The notes beneath the pieces were generated by a model, which had not been told where the DNA came from, did not search any database, and saw only the letters and a program-made list of their open reading frames with translations. Positions 1-10,476 of a DNA stretch of 32,000 nt are shown here, one piece after another; within the stretch, counting starts at the first letter, position 1, and each line of letters begins with the position of its first letter. The stretch comes from Sediminihaliea albiluteola (GTDB lineage: Bacteria; Pseudomonadota; Gammaproteobacteria; Pseudomonadales; Halieaceae): contig NZ_JACFXU010000017.1 in assembly GCF_014077625.1 (NCBI RefSeq), positions 183,284 through 215,283 on the forward strand, given 5' to 3'. The position numbers were made by a program, and so were the translations under genes.

Positions 1-748
1 CCGATGACGGCCGTCCCACTACCTTAGCGGGAACACCGGCCACGGTGGTGTGAGGCGGTACATTTTCTAGCACGACACTGCCGGCGCCAACTTTGGCACC
101 GTCACCCACAGAAATATTTCCTAGGATTTTTGCACCGGCACTGATCAGTACGCCGTTGCCAATCTTCGGGTGTCGGTCACCATATTCTTTGCCAGTACCG
201 CCCAAGGTCACTGACTGCAAAATAGAGACGTTGTTGCCAACGACCGCGGTTTCACCGATCACTAAGCCCGTGGCATGATCAAGCATGAGACCGTGGCCTA
301 AGGTGGCATTGGGGTGAATGTCGACACCGAATTCGGCTGACACGCGGTTTTGGAAGAATAAGGCCAAGGATTCCCGGCCACGCTTCCACAGCCAATGGGC
401 CACCCGGTGTGTCTGCAGGGCATGAAAACCTTTGAAATATAAAAAAGGAATATACAACTCGTGACAGGCTGAGTCGCGATCCATTACTGCCAGCAGGTCT
501 GCCCGCACGGTTTCAAGCAAGCAGCTGTCGTCTCTAAAGGCTTCAAGTATGACTTCACGCAATAGCAAAGAGGATGCAGCGGGGCTATCGAGCTGATTCG
601 CCAGGTGGAAACTCAGTGCGCGCTCCAGTTTGCAGTGGTTGAGTATTGTGGCGTGTAAAAAGCTGGCTAAAATAGGTTCTTTTGCCGCATGAACGGCGGT
701 TTCTTCACGTATCCGATCCCAAACAGGGTCGCCTTTTTGCGTGGACAT
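1..748 (-). CDS. cysE: Serine O-acetyltransferase; C-terminus runs off the left window edge
   Basis: Absent from the ORF track because there is no stop inside the window. My minus-strand translation from the ATG at 748-746 gives MSTQKGDPVWDRIREET... and later ...GHGLMLDHATGLVIGETAVVGNNVSILQSVTLGGTGKEYGDRHPKIGNGVLISAGAKILGNI. These are the hexapeptide-repeat beta-helix and DHATG motif typical of CysE. Confidence 0.85.
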   Translation of the reverse strand, partial: MSTQKGDPVWDRIREETAVHAAKEPILASFLHATILNHCKLERALSFHLANQLDSPAASSLLLREVILEAFRDDSCLLETVRADLLAVMDRDSACHELYIPFLYFKGFHALQTHRVAHWLWKRGRESLALFFQNRVSAEFGVDIHPNATLGHGLMLDHATGLVIGETAVVGNNVSILQSVTLGGTGKEYGDRHPKIGNGVLISAGAKILGNISVGDGAKVGAGSVVLENVPPHTTVAGVPAKVVGRPSS

Positions 749-852
749 AAACGGCCTACCTCAAAACTAACAGAGCACTCTAGCGTAAAATCGCCCCAGC
801 GTCACGATGGGGGCTTGCTAGTCTGTGCATGATGCCTAGCGGAGAGAGCCCG

Positions 853-1563
853 CTAAGCGAGTGCTGATTGACCGCGATAACGCCACAAAGCATGGCCGCT
901 AGCACGGTATTTTTTTTCAAACAAAGTGATGGGTGCTTCATCAATTTGGCTGACGACGCCCCTGCCATCGGCTAAAGACATTGCTAGGCCAAATTCTTCA
1001 ACATAGCTTTGCCAATTAGAGCGCAGTTCAATTTTACCGCCAAGTTGTACGAGTTGTAAAAATGATGGGTGCCCATGTATGCGGCGCTGCAGGTGGCCTG
1101 ATTTGGGCCAAGGGTTGGGGTAGAGCAAGTAGTGAAAATCCACCTGCCACTGCTCCTGTAATATCAGCTGCCAAATATCTTCGCACTGGGCGCGCAGCAG
1201 TAAATAGTTGCTCGCCTCTTGCTTAACATGACGCTCTAGTCGATGAGCGGATTGATCAATGCCAACCACCAGATGATCCGGATGGCGCTCGGCCAGTATA
1301 GCAGTGCTCTGTCCGGTGCCGCAGAAGGAATCGATCACTAGGGCTTGTGGCGCGTCATTTATCCGCTGTTGCAGCGCTTTAAAAGCCTCGCGATTGTGCG
1401 CTGCTAGCGGCTTTTTGCTCGGCGATTGCAAATGGCGCTGTACCACCCGCACTAGCTTGGGGTGGAGGAAAGCTTGATTGCTGGTAACGGCTCGCGACTC
1501 AGCTTGCAAAACGTCGGTGCTCCTGTAAAAGTGTCTGCCGCTCGCAGATAAGGGCCATTTCAC
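853..1563 (-). CDS. SAM-dependent methyltransferase, TrmB-like (Methyltransf_4-type)
   Basis: 236-aa ORF. It has a SAM motif I-like DSFCGTGQST and an NPWPKSGHLQRRIHG segment resembling the TrmB PDPWxKxRHxKRR motif. The exact substrate is not inferable. Confidence 0.6.
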   Translation of the reverse strand: MKWPLSASGRHFYRSTDVLQAESRAVTSNQAFLHPKLVRVVQRHLQSPSKKPLAAHNREAFKALQQRINDAPQALVIDSFCGTGQSTAILAERHPDHLVVGIDQSAHRLERHVKQEASNYLLLRAQCEDIWQLILQEQWQVDFHYLLYPNPWPKSGHLQRRIHGHPSFLQLVQLGGKIELRSNWQSYVEEFGLAMSLADGRGVVSQIDEAPITLFEKKYRASGHALWRYRGQSALA

Positions 1564-1628
1564 AACAGTGTGGGCGGCGCTATGATAAGCGGGTCTCAGC
1601 TATCCTGTCATTACAAGGCGAAATTTTC

Positions 1629-2360
1629 ATGCGCCAAGACCTGCGTCCTTACTGGTTAAAAAAAATATATTTGGCATATCGCCGCTGGTATACAGATTAT
1701 TTCCTGCGGCCCGAGTGCAGTGAATTTGGGCCCAATGAAACCGTAATGAAGCCATGGTATGTGCATATTTCTGGCCCCAATATCAGTATTGGTCGCAACT
1801 TCACCGCAATCGGGGAGCCCATGCACCGGGTGGAAATTGGCGTTTGGGGGCGAGAAGAGGGGGCCGGTCGAATAGAGATAGGTGACTGTGTGTTAATGAG
1901 CCCGGGCTCGCGAATCAGTGCTAGCGATGAGATCACTGTTGGTGATGGCACTATGTTTGCTAATGGCGCTTATGTCACCGACTCCGATTGGCATACTTTG
2001 TACGACCGCACGGAACGTGATCAGCGGGTCACGCCAGTGCACATTGGGCGCAATGTTTGGCTGGGCGATCACGCGACGGTATTGAAAGGAGTCAGCATTG
2101 GTGACAATTCTGTGGTGGCCGCCCGTGCTGTCGTCACTAAGGATGTACCAGCCAATGTGGTGGTGGCAGGCAACCCCGCCCGGGTGGTTAAGGAGCTTGA
2201 TCCGAGCCGGGGTTATATCACGCGCATGGATTATTTTGCTAAGCCAGAAGAATTAGCGCGTTTTTTTGATGAGGTCGACCGGCAAGTTCTGGGCAAGAAT
2301 AGCTTTTGGTTCTGGCTCTGCTCAGTTGTTTATCCCGCATCGAAAAAGAAGCGCAAGTAA
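1629..2360 (+). CDS. Hexapeptide-repeat (LbH) acyl/acetyltransferase
   Basis: 243-aa ORF with repeated [LIV]G-x4 hexapeptides (IGRNVWLGDHATVLKGVSIGDNSVVAARAVVTKDVPANVVVAGNPARVV), typical of the maltose/galactoside O-acetyltransferase-like family. Confidence 0.7.
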   Translation: MRQDLRPYWLKKIYLAYRRWYTDYFLRPECSEFGPNETVMKPWYVHISGPNISIGRNFTAIGEPMHRVEIGVWGREEGAGRIEIGDCVLMSPGSRISASDEITVGDGTMFANGAYVTDSDWHTLYDRTERDQRVTPVHIGRNVWLGDHATVLKGVSIGDNSVVAARAVVTKDVPANVVVAGNPARVVKELDPSRGYITRMDYFAKPEELARFFDEVDRQVLGKNSFWFWLCSVVYPASKKKRK

Positions 2361-2390
2361 GCAGCTACTTTGGTTCGCAGCTGCAGTGAC

Positions 2391-3371
2391 TTAGAGCAAG
2401 CGCAGTGGCTGCTCTTGCAGTGCCCACAATTGTTCGCGCAACTCTAGTACATGGTCTGCCCAATAGCGTTCAGTGTTGAACCAAGTAAAGCTGCGAGGAA
2501 AAGCTGGATCTTCCCAGCGTCGAGCTAGCCAAGCGGCGTAGTAGACCAAGCGCATCGTCCGCAATACTTCAATCTGTCGCAGCTGCCGAGGATCAAAGTC
2601 ACCAAACTCACTATAGCCTTCAATCAATTCTGACAGTTGCAGTTCCCGCTCGTGGCGCTCGCCGCTTAAGAACATCCACAAATCTTGTATCGCAGGGGCG
2701 CTGCAGCAGTCGTCTAGGTCGACAAAGTGCGCGATATTGTCTCGCCAAAGAATATTGCCGACGTGGCAGTCCCCGTGAACTCGCAGCATGTCGGAAGGCT
2801 CTAGTTCGGCATAAAGGGTGCTGATAATGGGTAGTAGATCGGCGGTGACGGTTTCGTAGGCGGGGCGCAATTCAGCCGGGATAAAGTGTTCCAAGACAAA
2901 TTCGCGATTCTGAATAAACATGCGCTCTACAGACAACACTGGGCGGTGTACAAATGCGGCTGTGCGCCCGACGTTATGCATCCTTGCGAGGGTGCGGCCC
3001 AGCACCAGTAAGTTGTCCATGTTGTCCAGCTCTGGCGGGTAGCCGCCGCGCCGAGGAAATAGGGCAAAGCGGAAGCCGGCATAGCGGTGGAGGCTGACAC
3101 CCTGCGAGTCGACTAGCGGTGCCACCACGGAAATTTCTGCATCCTGCAGTGCCAAACTAAATTGGTGTTCCTCTAGAATTTGCTCATCACTCCAGCGGCC
3201 CGGGCGATAAAATTTCGCAATCAGTGGTTGTTCATCCTCTATGCCCACCTGGTAGACGCGGTTCTCATAGCTATTTAAGGCTAGCAGCCTGGCATCACAG
3301 AGGTAGCCCGCGGACTCAACCGCATCGATGACTAGATCTGGTGACAGAGATTCGTAAGGGTGTGAAGTCAT
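2391..3371 (-). CDS. srkA: Stress-response Ser/Thr kinase SrkA (YihE/RdoA family)
   Basis: 326 aa. It has an aminoglycoside-phosphotransferase-like kinase fold with the catalytic HGDCHVGNILWRD and a downstream FVDLDD motif. N-terminal YENRVYQV and FYRPGRWS segments match the YihE family. There is a 4-bp overlap with modC upstream. Confidence 0.8.
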   Translation of the reverse strand: MTSHPYESLSPDLVIDAVESAGYLCDARLLALNSYENRVYQVGIEDEQPLIAKFYRPGRWSDEQILEEHQFSLALQDAEISVVAPLVDSQGVSLHRYAGFRFALFPRRGGYPPELDNMDNLLVLGRTLARMHNVGRTAAFVHRPVLSVERMFIQNREFVLEHFIPAELRPAYETVTADLLPIISTLYAELEPSDMLRVHGDCHVGNILWRDNIAHFVDLDDCCSAPAIQDLWMFLSGERHERELQLSELIEGYSEFGDFDPRQLRQIEVLRTMRLVYYAAWLARRWEDPAFPRSFTWFNTERYWADHVLELREQLWALQEQPLRLL

Positions 3372-4456
3372 GCTTGGCTCGCAATTTCAGAGAGTAAGGC
3401 AGCACTTTTGATCTGGGCGTACACACGGTCACCGACTGCCAACTTTAGGGTGGCTGCCGATTTGCGGGTAATCCGCGCCAATAAATACTGCTGTCCTAGA
3501 GCCAAGCGCAGTAACACAGGACTGTCATGCCGTGCTTCTATCTCAACTATGGTGACAGGCAGTATATTCAATATGCTGCTATCTACCGGCAGTGTACGGC
3601 AAATGCTCACGTCGCGGGCTGGAATACGTATACGAAAGTACTCCCCTTTTTGAGCTTTTAATTGATTGACCCAGAGGCTTTGGCCCTCTAGCGCAAGTTC
3701 ACTCAAACCATAGTCATCTTGGCCGCGCAATTGGGTGAGCAAGATGGCGGCGGCTTTTTCCTCCTGAGCTAGGCGGGTATCGATGCGGCTGCTCAATTCA
3801 AGCATAGAGCCATGCTCTCTAACCCGCCCCTCGCTTAGGATTAACATACGGTCTGCGAACTGACTGACTTCCTCGATATCATGGCTGACATAGAGCATGG
3901 GAATCTTGGCGTGCTCGATGACTTGTCGCAAATAGTGCAGGCACTGTTGGCGGCTCGCGCTGTCGAGGTTGGCTAGCGGTTCGTCTAATAGTAGTAGGCG
4001 GGGTGCGCTGAGCAGGGCTCTGGCGATCGCAACCCGTTGTCGTTGGCCGGCCGATAGCGTGTCAGGCATGCGCTGTAATAAGTGCTCGAGCCCTAGCCAG
4101 CTTACAACTTGATCTTGGGCAAGAGCCTGCACAGGGCCGCGGCGGCGGCTGGCAAAATCGAGGTTGCCGCTGACATCGAGGTGGGGAAACAAACGTCCGT
4201 TTTGAAATACATAGCCGACCCGGCGCTGCCAGCTCGGCAGGGAATAGCCGCGTCGCTGCCAGCACTGGGCGGCAAAGTTGATTGTGCTGTCACCCTCGGG
4301 TTTACGTAAACCCGCAATGCACTCCAACAGGGTCGTTTTACCGCTGCCGCTAGGACCGTAAATCGCGGTGACACCCTCTAGGCTTAAGCTTTCCTCAAGC
4401 GCTAGGCTAAAGCCGTCAGCACCACGGCAATGTAGCTTTAACTCAAGCATCGTCAT
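3368..4456 (-). CDS. modC: Molybdate ABC transporter ATP-binding protein
   Basis: 362 aa with Walker A GPSGSGKT, ABC signature LSAGQRQRVAIARAL and Walker B LLLLDEP, plus a C-terminal TOBE-like domain. It lies in an operon with modA and modB. Confidence 0.9.
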   Translation of the reverse strand: MTMLELKLHCRGADGFSLALEESLSLEGVTAIYGPSGSGKTTLLECIAGLRKPEGDSTINFAAQCWQRRGYSLPSWQRRVGYVFQNGRLFPHLDVSGNLDFASRRRGPVQALAQDQVVSWLGLEHLLQRMPDTLSAGQRQRVAIARALLSAPRLLLLDEPLANLDSASRQQCLHYLRQVIEHAKIPMLYVSHDIEEVSQFADRMLILSEGRVREHGSMLELSSRIDTRLAQEEKAAAILLTQLRGQDDYGLSELALEGQSLWVNQLKAQKGEYFRIRIPARDVSICRTLPVDSSILNILPVTIVEIEARHDSPVLLRLALGQQYLLARITRKSAATLKLAVGDRVYAQIKSAALLSEIASQA

Positions 4457-5130
4457 GCGCCAATACCGAGACTGCGGCGATTACTGCGATACAGCAGAAA
4501 CAGCAAGGCCAGTGAAAATGCCACCAGTAAAGCCGCCAGGCGATGGGCCTCGGCAAACTGCAGCGATTCTACGTAATCAAATAGTGCCACTGACAGTACC
4601 CGTGTCTCCCCGGGGATATTGCCGCCGATCATTAGGATCACTCCAAACTCGCCGACGGTGTGTGCAAAGCCTAGGCTGGCAGCAACTAGAAAACTGCGCC
4701 GGCTCAGTGGTAGGACCACCGAGCGGAATTGGTCAAAGGGCTTGGCGCCGAGGGTGGCGGCGGCTTGGAGTAATTCTTGGGGTACTCGGCTGAAGGCAGC
4801 TTGCAGTGGCTGGACAACAAAGGGCAGGGAATAAATGACCGAGCCGATCACTAGGGCTTGGAAGCTAAAGGCGAGCTGAGAGCCAGTGGCTTGCTGCCAC
4901 AGACTACCAATGAAGGACCCGGGAGCGAGCAGTAGCAATAGATAAAAGCCCAGCACTGTGGGCGGCAGGATCAGCGGCATGGCAACGAGGGCTTCGATCA
5001 ATGCGGCCAGTGTGCCCTCGCGTCGGGATAGCCACCAAGCCAAAGGCGTGCCGAGCAAAACCAGTAGGACAGTAGTGGTTCCCGCAAGTAACAAAGTGAG
5101 GTAAATCGCGTCTAATTCAGCGGCGCTCAT
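4453..5130 (-). CDS. modB: Molybdate ABC transporter permease
   Basis: 225-aa polytopic membrane protein with the MetI-like permease signature region (FAHTVGEFGVILMIGGNIPGETRVLSVALF). It has 4-bp overlaps with both modA and modC. Confidence 0.9.
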   Translation of the reverse strand: MSAAELDAIYLTLLLAGTTTVLLVLLGTPLAWWLSRREGTLAALIEALVAMPLILPPTVLGFYLLLLLAPGSFIGSLWQQATGSQLAFSFQALVIGSVIYSLPFVVQPLQAAFSRVPQELLQAAATLGAKPFDQFRSVVLPLSRRSFLVAASLGFAHTVGEFGVILMIGGNIPGETRVLSVALFDYVESLQFAEAHRLAALLVAFSLALLFLLYRSNRRSLGIGA

Positions 5131-5882
5131 AGGCAGTTATCGTAACCGTATTGTCGGATCTGTTGTCGCACCGCTGGGCTCAGCAGCCATTTAAGGTAAG
5201 CTTGAGCCTGAGGCTTATCAGCGGCCCTTGGCAAAAGCACGGCTTGTTGCTCGATCGCATTGTGCCATTGTTGTGGCACAAGCAGGCCAGCATCTAAACT
5301 TAAAGATTGTGGCACCAGTGCTAAATTAACCCCGCCACTGTGCCAGAACTGCCAGGTTTGCACAGCATTGTTGCCCAATACCAGTTTGCGCTTATGCCCA
5401 GCTTGAAACTCATCGCGGCTCAGCACTTCCTCTGCGGCGCGGCCGTAGGGTGCTGTTGTCGGGTTGGCTATAGCTAGGCTTTGCCTAGGGTCAGCTAGAG
5501 CCGACCAGTCACTGGCGCCGAGCAGAACGAGGCGCCCGAGAGCATAGCAATAGCGTTGGCCGGGCAGGGTAAAGCCTTCCTGCTCTAAGATAGCTGGAGT
5601 GTCGCTGTCCGCGGCGAGCAGAATATCGAAGGGCGCGCCGTAACGAATCTGATTGTGCAGGACGCCCGTAGAAGCGCTGCTGAGTAGCACAGTCGTGTCC
5701 TGAGCAGCTTCGAATTCAGGGTTGATTTGCTCCAGCACCGGGCGGAAGTTAGCGGCCACGGCAACTCTCAATGTCTCATTGCTCCAGCAGGGAAGAGCTA
5801 AGCAGAGGCAAAATAGCCAGAGGTAGCGCACGATTCTCCTTGCGACTGTTAGTCCGGTGGGGCGGGAGTGCGAGCGAGGCAC
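5127..5882 (-). CDS. modA: Molybdate-binding periplasmic protein (true start probably downstream of 5882)
   Basis: 251-aa ORF with a signal-peptide-like LWLFCLCLALPCWS followed by LRVAVAANF...SSASTGVL...APFDILLAAD, typical of ModA. The longest ORF overlaps the comF 3' end by 34 nt, so the start is uncertain. Confidence 0.85.
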   Translation of the reverse strand: MPRSHSRPTGLTVARRIVRYLWLFCLCLALPCWSNETLRVAVAANFRPVLEQINPEFEAAQDTTVLLSSASTGVLHNQIRYGAPFDILLAADSDTPAILEQEGFTLPGQRYCYALGRLVLLGASDWSALADPRQSLAIANPTTAPYGRAAEEVLSRDEFQAGHKRKLVLGNNAVQTWQFWHSGGVNLALVPQSLSLDAGLLVPQQWHNAIEQQAVLLPRAADKPQAQAYLKWLLSPAVRQQIRQYGYDNCL

Positions 5883-6625
5883 CAGAGCTGCACTGTATGG
5901 GCGCCAGCTTCTTTTAGGCAGCGCGCCAGGGCGTTGGCAGTGGCTCCCGTGGTCATCACATCATCCACAATTGCGATCCGCAAATTGTCACAGCCTCTGC
6001 TTAATGTAAAGGCGCCGGCCAGGTTGCCTTGGCGGGCTTTGGCATTCAGCCCAGCTTGGGCGAGTGTTGAGCGTTGCCGCCGACACCAGCGACTAGCTAG
6101 CTTTGTACTGCGCAAAGCCGGGTGATGTTGTTGAAGCTCTTGGCATAGTTGCAGTGCTTGGTTGAAGCCCCGCTGTAGCAGCTTGCGCCAGTGCAGCGGT
6201 ACAGGGAGCAGGAGATCGACTGCTGGCAGCTCGGCCGGAGCAGCGTAGAGCCACAGGGCAGCCATCAGCTTGGCGAGTTTGGGGTCGGGCTGGTACTTCC
6301 AGCGCTGTATGAGCAGCGCGAATTGCTCGTCATAGAGGTAGGGTGCCAATACAGCATCAAAGTGAGGACTGCTGCGCAAACAGTGGCCACAATAGCGCGG
6401 GCCTAGTGAGTCGTGCTGCTGATTAATGCTGGCCAAAGGTAAGGCGCAGCGGCTGCAGCAATCCTTATTGAGTTGCAGTTCACCGCGACAGGCGCTGCAC
6501 AGGGGCTCTTTCCGGCACTGCAAACCACAGAACAGGCAGCATTGTGGGAACAGCCCATCGAGTAGCATTTGGCGCCAGCTGTTAACCATGGCGATGCTTA
6601 TTGGTTGACAGTGGGAGTTGAGCAT
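5849..6625 (-). CDS. comF: ComF family protein (PRTase-like). The start is possibly the second ATG at 6589.
   Basis: Cys-rich N-terminus (CCLFCG...CSACRGEL...CSRC...CGHC) and a C-terminal phosphoribosyltransferase motif [14 protein letters not shown]. The first 12 codons would overlap the predicted bio operator and promoter. Confidence 0.75.
   Translation of the reverse strand: MLNSHCQPISIAMVNSWRQMLLDGLFPQCCLFCGLQCRKEPLCSACRGELQLNKDCCSRCALPLASINQQHDSLGPRYCGHCLRSSPHFDAVLAPYLYDEQFALLIQRWKYQPDPKLAKLMAALWLYAAPAELPAVDLLLPVPLHWRKLLQRGFNQALQLCQELQQHHPALRSTKLASRWCRRQRSTLAQAGLNAKARQGNLAGAFTLSRGCDNLRIAIVDDVMTTGATANALARCLKEAGAHTVQLWCLARTPAPPD
6580..6610. promoter_or_regulatory. Candidate BirA operator (bioO)
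   Basis: Inverted repeat TGTTAACC (6580-6587), 15-nt spacer, GGTTGACA (6603-6610), with 7 of 8 positions complementary. This resembles the E. coli bioO half-sites TGTAAACC/GGTTTACA and sits immediately upstream of bioB. Confidence 0.55.
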
Positions 6626-6632
6626 TTATCAT
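6605..6632 (+). promoter_or_regulatory. Candidate sigma70 promoter of the bio operon
   Basis: -35 TTGACA (6605-6610), 16-nt spacer, -10 TATCAT (6627-6632). The -35 box lies inside the right operator half-site, as expected for BirA repression. Confidence 0.5.
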
Positions 6633-6663
6633 GGCGCCTTCGTTAACTGCCTGGACATTACCC

Positions 6664-7722
6664 ATGCCTAGCCCCTCCTCTGAGTCCGCTGATATTCGTC
6701 ACGATTGGTCCCGCACTGAAGTGGAAGCCTTATTTGCGCTGCCTTTCAACGATCTGCTATTTCGAGCTCACAGCCTGCATCGTCAGTATTTTGACCCGAA
6801 TCAGGTGCAAGTAAGCACTTTGCTTTCGATCAAAACCGGAGCCTGCCCAGAGGATTGTGCTTATTGCCCCCAGAGCAATCGTTACGATACCGGCCTGGAA
6901 GCCGAAAAGTTAATGGAAGTGGAGAAGGTTCTAGAGCAAGCGCGTGCTGCTCGGGCTAGTGGCGCCACTCGTTTCTGTATGGGGGCAGCTTGGCGCTCGC
7001 CTAAAAAGCGCGACATGCCCTATGTGGTTCAGATGGTGAAAGGCGTGCGTGAGCTGGGGCTAGAGAGTTGCATGACACTGGGAATGCTGAGCGCTGAGCA
7101 GGCCGCAGAGCTGTCAGAGGCAGGACTGGATTACTACAACCACAACCTCGACACCTCGCCGGAGTTTTACGGTGAGATCATTACCACCCGTACCTACCAA
7201 GATCGGCTAGAGACGCTGGACAATGTGCGCCGGGTGGGCATGAAAGTATGCAGTGGTGGCATTGTTGGCATGGGCGAGAAGTCCAGTGACCGCGCCGGTT
7301 TGTTACAGCAGTTGGCCAATATGCCGCAGCATCCCGAGAGTGTGCCGATCAATATGTTGGTGCGGGTTGAGGGAACGCCCTTGGCGGAACAAGCTGAGCT
7401 GGATCCCTTTGATTTTATTCGCACCATCGCGGTAGCTCGGATCATGATGCCGGCCTCACATGTGCGTCTGTCGGCGGGGCGTGAAGAAATGAACGAGCAA
7501 ATGCACGCGCTGGCATACTTCGCCGGTGCTAACTCGATTTTCTATGGTGAAAAACTACTCACCACCCCCAACCCCCAGGCGAACCAAGATATGGCCCTGT
7601 TTGCCCGCTTGGGTATTGCGCCTGAGCAGCGCCAAGTGAGCGAGCCTCCCCAGGCTCCCACACCGCAGTTCTATGACGCCACTGAGGTTTCTACTGCTGG
7701 CCGCAATGCCGAGCTGGCTTGA
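6664..7722 (+). CDS. bioB: Biotin synthase (the ORF track starts at 6631; ATG 6664 is preferred)
   Basis: Radical-SAM motif [11 protein letters not shown] inside [24 protein letters not shown], near-identical to known BioB. The ATG at 6631 falls within the predicted -10 box. [15 protein letters not shown] gives an N-terminal length matching BioB homologues. Confidence 0.92.
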   Translation: MPSPSSESADIRHDWSRTEVEALFALPFNDLLFRAHSLHRQYFDPNQVQVSTLLSIKTGACPEDCAYCPQSNRYDTGLEAEKLMEVEKVLEQARAARASGATRFCMGAAWRSPKKRDMPYVVQMVKGVRELGLESCMTLGMLSAEQAAELSEAGLDYYNHNLDTSPEFYGEIITTRTYQDRLETLDNVRRVGMKVCSGGIVGMGEKSSDRAGLLQQLANMPQHPESVPINMLVRVEGTPLAEQAELDPFDFIRTIAVARIMMPASHVRLSAGREEMNEQMHALAYFAGANSIFYGEKLLTTPNPQANQDMALFARLGIAPEQRQVSEPPQAPTPQFYDATEVSTAGRNAELA

Positions 7723-8903
7723 TACCACCCTCATTGAATATTTTTGAGCAACGGCTGGCAGCCCAGCTAGCAGAACGCGAAGCAGCTAATCTGTACCGCA
7801 GGCGCCTGAGCTTAGACACAGCTCAGGGACCTGTGATTCAGGTTAATGGGCGTCAGCTGGTCAATTTTTGTAGTAATGATTACCTGGGCTTGGCGGCTCA
7901 TCCGCAGCTAAAAGAGAGCTTGCGCAATGCTGTCACGCGCTACGGGGTAGGCAGCGGTGCTTCGCATTTAGTGTGTGGGCACTCTGCTGCCCACCACGAG
8001 CTGGAAGAAGCTTTAGCTGAGTTTAGCGGCCGTCCACGCGCGCTACTTTTCGCTAGTGGCTTTGCTGCCAATACGGGCACGCTCAGCACCCTGCTACAAC
8101 CCGGTGATACCGTACTACAGGATCGTTTAAACCACGCTTCCTTACTCGATGGTGCCTTACACAGTGGCGCCCGCTTACAGCGTTTTGCGCACAATGATTT
8201 GCAGGTATTAGAGCGTAAGCTCGACGCAGTTCGCGGCCCTGCGATGGTAGTGGTGGATGGTGTGTTTAGCATGGATGGCGATGTCGCCCCCCTAGCTGCC
8301 CTGGCGCAATTGGCTCAGGCCAAACAGGCTTATTTAATGGTGGATGATGCTCACGGCTTTGGTGTGCTGGGCCAGCGGGGCATCGGCAGTACCGAAGCGG
8401 CTGGTTTGGGCGCGCAGGATGTCCCGGTATTGATGGCGACTTTGGGTAAGGCCCTAGGTACTGTGGGGGCCTTTGTTGCCGGTAGCGACACTTTGATTGA
8501 GTCCTTGCTGCAAGGGGCGCGCAATTATGTTTACTCCACGGCCATGCCGCCTGCTCTAGCCGCTGCGGGGCTAACGGCATTGCACTTATTGCAGAGCGAA
8601 GCTTGGCGGCGCAGTCATGTATTGAGTCTAGCTGCGCGATTCCGTCGCGGCGCTGAGCAATTGGATTTGCCACTGCTCGATGCTGCTGGCCCTATTCAGC
8701 CGCTGATTGTTGGCAGTGCCGATCGCGCCTTAGCGCTAAGCCGTGAGTTACAGCAGCGTGGCCTATTGGTCAGCGCTATCCGTCCGCCCACGGTGCCGCC
8801 TAATACCTCTCGTCTGCGCATTACTTTTAGCGCGGCGCATAGCGAGGCGCAGGTCGATACATTGCTGCAAGCCTTGGCGGATTGTTGGCAGCGACATGCC
8901 TGA
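7719..8903 (+). CDS. bioF: 8-amino-7-oxononanoate synthase
   Basis: 394-aa PLP-dependent class II aminotransferase. Motifs include [19 protein letters not shown] and the PLP-lysine context TLGKALG. It overlaps the bioB stop by 4 bp. Confidence 0.9.
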   Translation: MIPPSLNIFEQRLAAQLAEREAANLYRRRLSLDTAQGPVIQVNGRQLVNFCSNDYLGLAAHPQLKESLRNAVTRYGVGSGASHLVCGHSAAHHELEEALAEFSGRPRALLFASGFAANTGTLSTLLQPGDTVLQDRLNHASLLDGALHSGARLQRFAHNDLQVLERKLDAVRGPAMVVVDGVFSMDGDVAPLAALAQLAQAKQAYLMVDDAHGFGVLGQRGIGSTEAAGLGAQDVPVLMATLGKALGTVGAFVAGSDTLIESLLQGARNYVYSTAMPPALAAAGLTALHLLQSEAWRRSHVLSLAARFRRGAEQLDLPLLDAAGPIQPLIVGSADRALALSRELQQRGLLVSAIRPPTVPPNTSRLRITFSAAHSEAQVDTLLQALADCWQRHA

Positions 8904-10476
8904 GCCTTTAGTTATGGAGCGTTTGCTGGCCAGTGGCGCTGCGCAGCAGGAAGTGGTCTTGCTACATGGCTGGGCGAGTAGTCGCGAGGTATGGCGGCCA
9001 CTGCTGCGAGCCTTGCGGCCCTGGGCCAATATCACACTGCTCGATTTGCCTGGCTTGGGAGGGGAGGGCGAAGCTCTCGATCTCGAGGCATTATTACAGG
9101 CCATTTTGGATCAGGCGCCGAGTCGTGCAGTCTACATTGGCTGGTCCCTAGGTGGACAGTTGGCGACCTTGCTAGCGGCCAAGCATCCGCAGCGGGTGCT
9201 TGGGCTTGTCAGCTTGGCGAGTAACCCGCGCTTTACCGCCGATAAGGACTGGCCCGGTGTCGATCCGCAGCATTTGCAAAAAATGAGCGAGGAGCTGCAG
9301 CGGGCGCCCGAGCGCACATTGCGTCGCTTTGAGGCCTTACAAGTGATGCAGCAGGGGCCATCAAGTTTGATCAAGGACTTGGCTGCATGTCGCGGCACTG
9401 CGAGTGAGGGCTTGTCGCTAGGCTTGCAGTGGCTGGCCTCGCTGGATAATCGAGAGATTTTGGCAACCCTGCAGCAACCCCAACTCCATTTGCTAGGCGC
9501 TGAAGATGCGCTGGTGCCGGCGAGCCTAGAGCCAGTTCTATCGAGCCTATTAGCTTCTAGTTTGAATGCTGAAGTGCTCTTAGTTTCAGGCGCTGGGCAT
9601 GCCTTGCCGATTCAGTCAGCGCAGTCGGTGGCCGAGAAAATACAGAGCTTTTTGAGCGAGCAGGCTCTGCTTGGCGCGCCATCGCTACCCGCTAGCCGGA
9701 TTAATAAAAGCGCGATTGCTGACTCATTCAGCCGAGCCGCTGCGAGCTATGACAGTGTGGCTAGTTTGCAGCGCGATGTCGGCAAGCAATTATTGCGCAG
9801 TATTGAATCACTCGAGTTGCAGCCTCGAAGGGTGTTGGACTTAGGTTGTGGTACGGGTTTTTTTCAGCCGGCCTTGCGCCAGCGATTTCCACAGGCCCAT
9901 TATGTTGGTCTAGATATCGCGCTAGGTATGCTTAGCTACGCGCGCCGTCAACACGACCCGAATGGCTCATGGTTAGCCGGAGACGCCGAGCAACTCCCCT
10001 TGGCAGAAAACTCAGTGGACCTGGTGTTTAGCAGTTTGGCGATACAGTGGTGTCAGCAGCCGGAGGCCTTATTTGCTGAGCTTGGCAGAGTGCTTCGTCC
10101 GGGGGGGCTCTGTGTTTTTAGTACCTTGGGGCCGAAGACTTTGCATGAGTTGCGCAGCGCTTGGGCGGCGGTGGACTCACACCAGCATGTCAACCAGTTT
10201 TTATCTGCTGATGATTTACTGGCCGCTAATCAAGCAGCCGGTAAGCAAGCGCTGCGACTGCAGCCCAAAATGTTTCGCTTGCACTACGGCAAGGTCAGGG
10301 AGTTGTTTGACGAATTGAAAACCCTCGGTGCGCGCAACATGAATAAGGGGCGCTCTGCAGGACTGACGGGTCGCAAACAACTCAGCACTATGATGCAGGC
10401 TTATGAGGGCTTTCGGCAGGAGGGTTTGCTGCCGGCCAGTTACGAGGTCTATTTTGGTGTGTTGGAGAAACAATGA
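8896..10476 (+). CDS. bioHC: Fused BioH (pimeloyl-ACP methyl ester esterase) and BioC (malonyl-ACP O-methyltransferase)
   Basis: One uninterrupted frame. The N-terminal alpha/beta hydrolase has LLHGW and the nucleophile elbow GWSLGG. A linker [13 protein letters not shown] follows. The C-terminal methyltransferase begins [23 protein letters not shown] and has SAM motif [12 protein letters not shown] 8896 overlaps the bioF stop. The ORF-track start at 8743 is an out-of-context 5' extension inside bioF. Confidence 0.8.
   Translation: MPEPLVMERLLASGAAQQEVVLLHGWASSREVWRPLLRALRPWANITLLDLPGLGGEGEALDLEALLQAILDQAPSRAVYIGWSLGGQLATLLAAKHPQRVLGLVSLASNPRFTADKDWPGVDPQHLQKMSEELQRAPERTLRRFEALQVMQQGPSSLIKDLAACRGTASEGLSLGLQWLASLDNREILATLQQPQLHLLGAEDALVPASLEPVLSSLLASSLNAEVLLVSGAGHALPIQSAQSVAEKIQSFLSEQALLGAPSLPASRINKSAIADSFSRAAASYDSVASLQRDVGKQLLRSIESLELQPRRVLDLGCGTGFFQPALRQRFPQAHYVGLDIALGMLSYARRQHDPNGSWLAGDAEQLPLAENSVDLVFSSLAIQWCQQPEALFAELGRVLRPGGLCVFSTLGPKTLHELRSAWAAVDSHQHVNQFLSADDLLAANQAAGKQALRLQPKMFRLHYGKVRELFDELKTLGARNMNKGRSAGLTGRKQLSTMMQAYEGFRQEGLLPASYEVYFGVLEKQ

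Noticed and set aside
8743-8895. 5' extensions of ORF-track calls: 8743 for bioH, 14893 for int, 19202 for radC, 23812 for yegP and 6631 for bioB.
   Set aside because: In each case the extension overlaps the upstream gene or regulatory signals. It also adds residues absent from the family N-termini, while an internal ATG with a Shine-Dalgarno sequence gives the canonical N-terminus.
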